A stretch of DNA of 63,913 bases, filler included, from Octopus bimaculoides (Eukaryota): the NCBI RefSeq assembly GCF_001194135.2. It is 4 parts of 4 records of this genome, joined end to end, with 100 filler letters (N's around TTAATTAATTAA, not from the genome) between each part and the next. Parts side by side here need not be neighbours in the genome. Positions count along the whole stretch, not along the records: positions 61,998 to 63,913 come from NW_026324953.1; 3 more parts are not named here. One strand, 5' to 3'. A program made the position numbers and the translations under genes. Shown here in pieces: positions 63,876 to 63,913 of the stretch (position 1 is the first letter of the stretch; the number at the start of each line of letters is the position of its first letter). The notes beneath the pieces were generated by a model. The model was given only the letters and a program-made list of their open reading frames with translations, was not told the origin of the DNA and ran no database searches.

Positions 63876-63913
<38 letters not shown>

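Overview
Eukaryotic, very AT-rich, microsatellite-dense genomic DNA with many N gaps. The SINE/RTE repeat set resembles that of a coleoid cephalopod, probably Octopus (inference, not verified). One complete protein-coding gene is recoverable: a five-coding-exon DHHC palmitoyltransferase of the ZDHHC4/Swf1 type on the minus strand (53344 to 40459, 360 aa, splice phases consistent). A single strong plus-strand exon at 14541-14657 encodes most of a PHD finger of an otherwise unseen gene (a HORMAD-type chromatin-binding region is one hypothesis). The rest is transposon debris: RTE LINEs, an R4/Dong-like LINE tail, Penelope-like elements (PLEs), Helitron pieces, Tc1/mariner (maT-like, mariner, Tigger/pogo) fragments, piggyBac-like and hAT-like MITEs, and tRNA-derived SINEs. 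The most notable non-genic signal is at least 8 PLE-type minimal hammerhead-ribozyme motifs, four of them within about 1.6 kb (36.9-38.4 kb). They include a three-copy family whose stem I covaries in a register with no unpaired N17, and a U3-A8 core variant. Three gaps hold a synthetic 44N-TTAATTAATTAA-44N spacer, so long-range continuity is not guaranteed.
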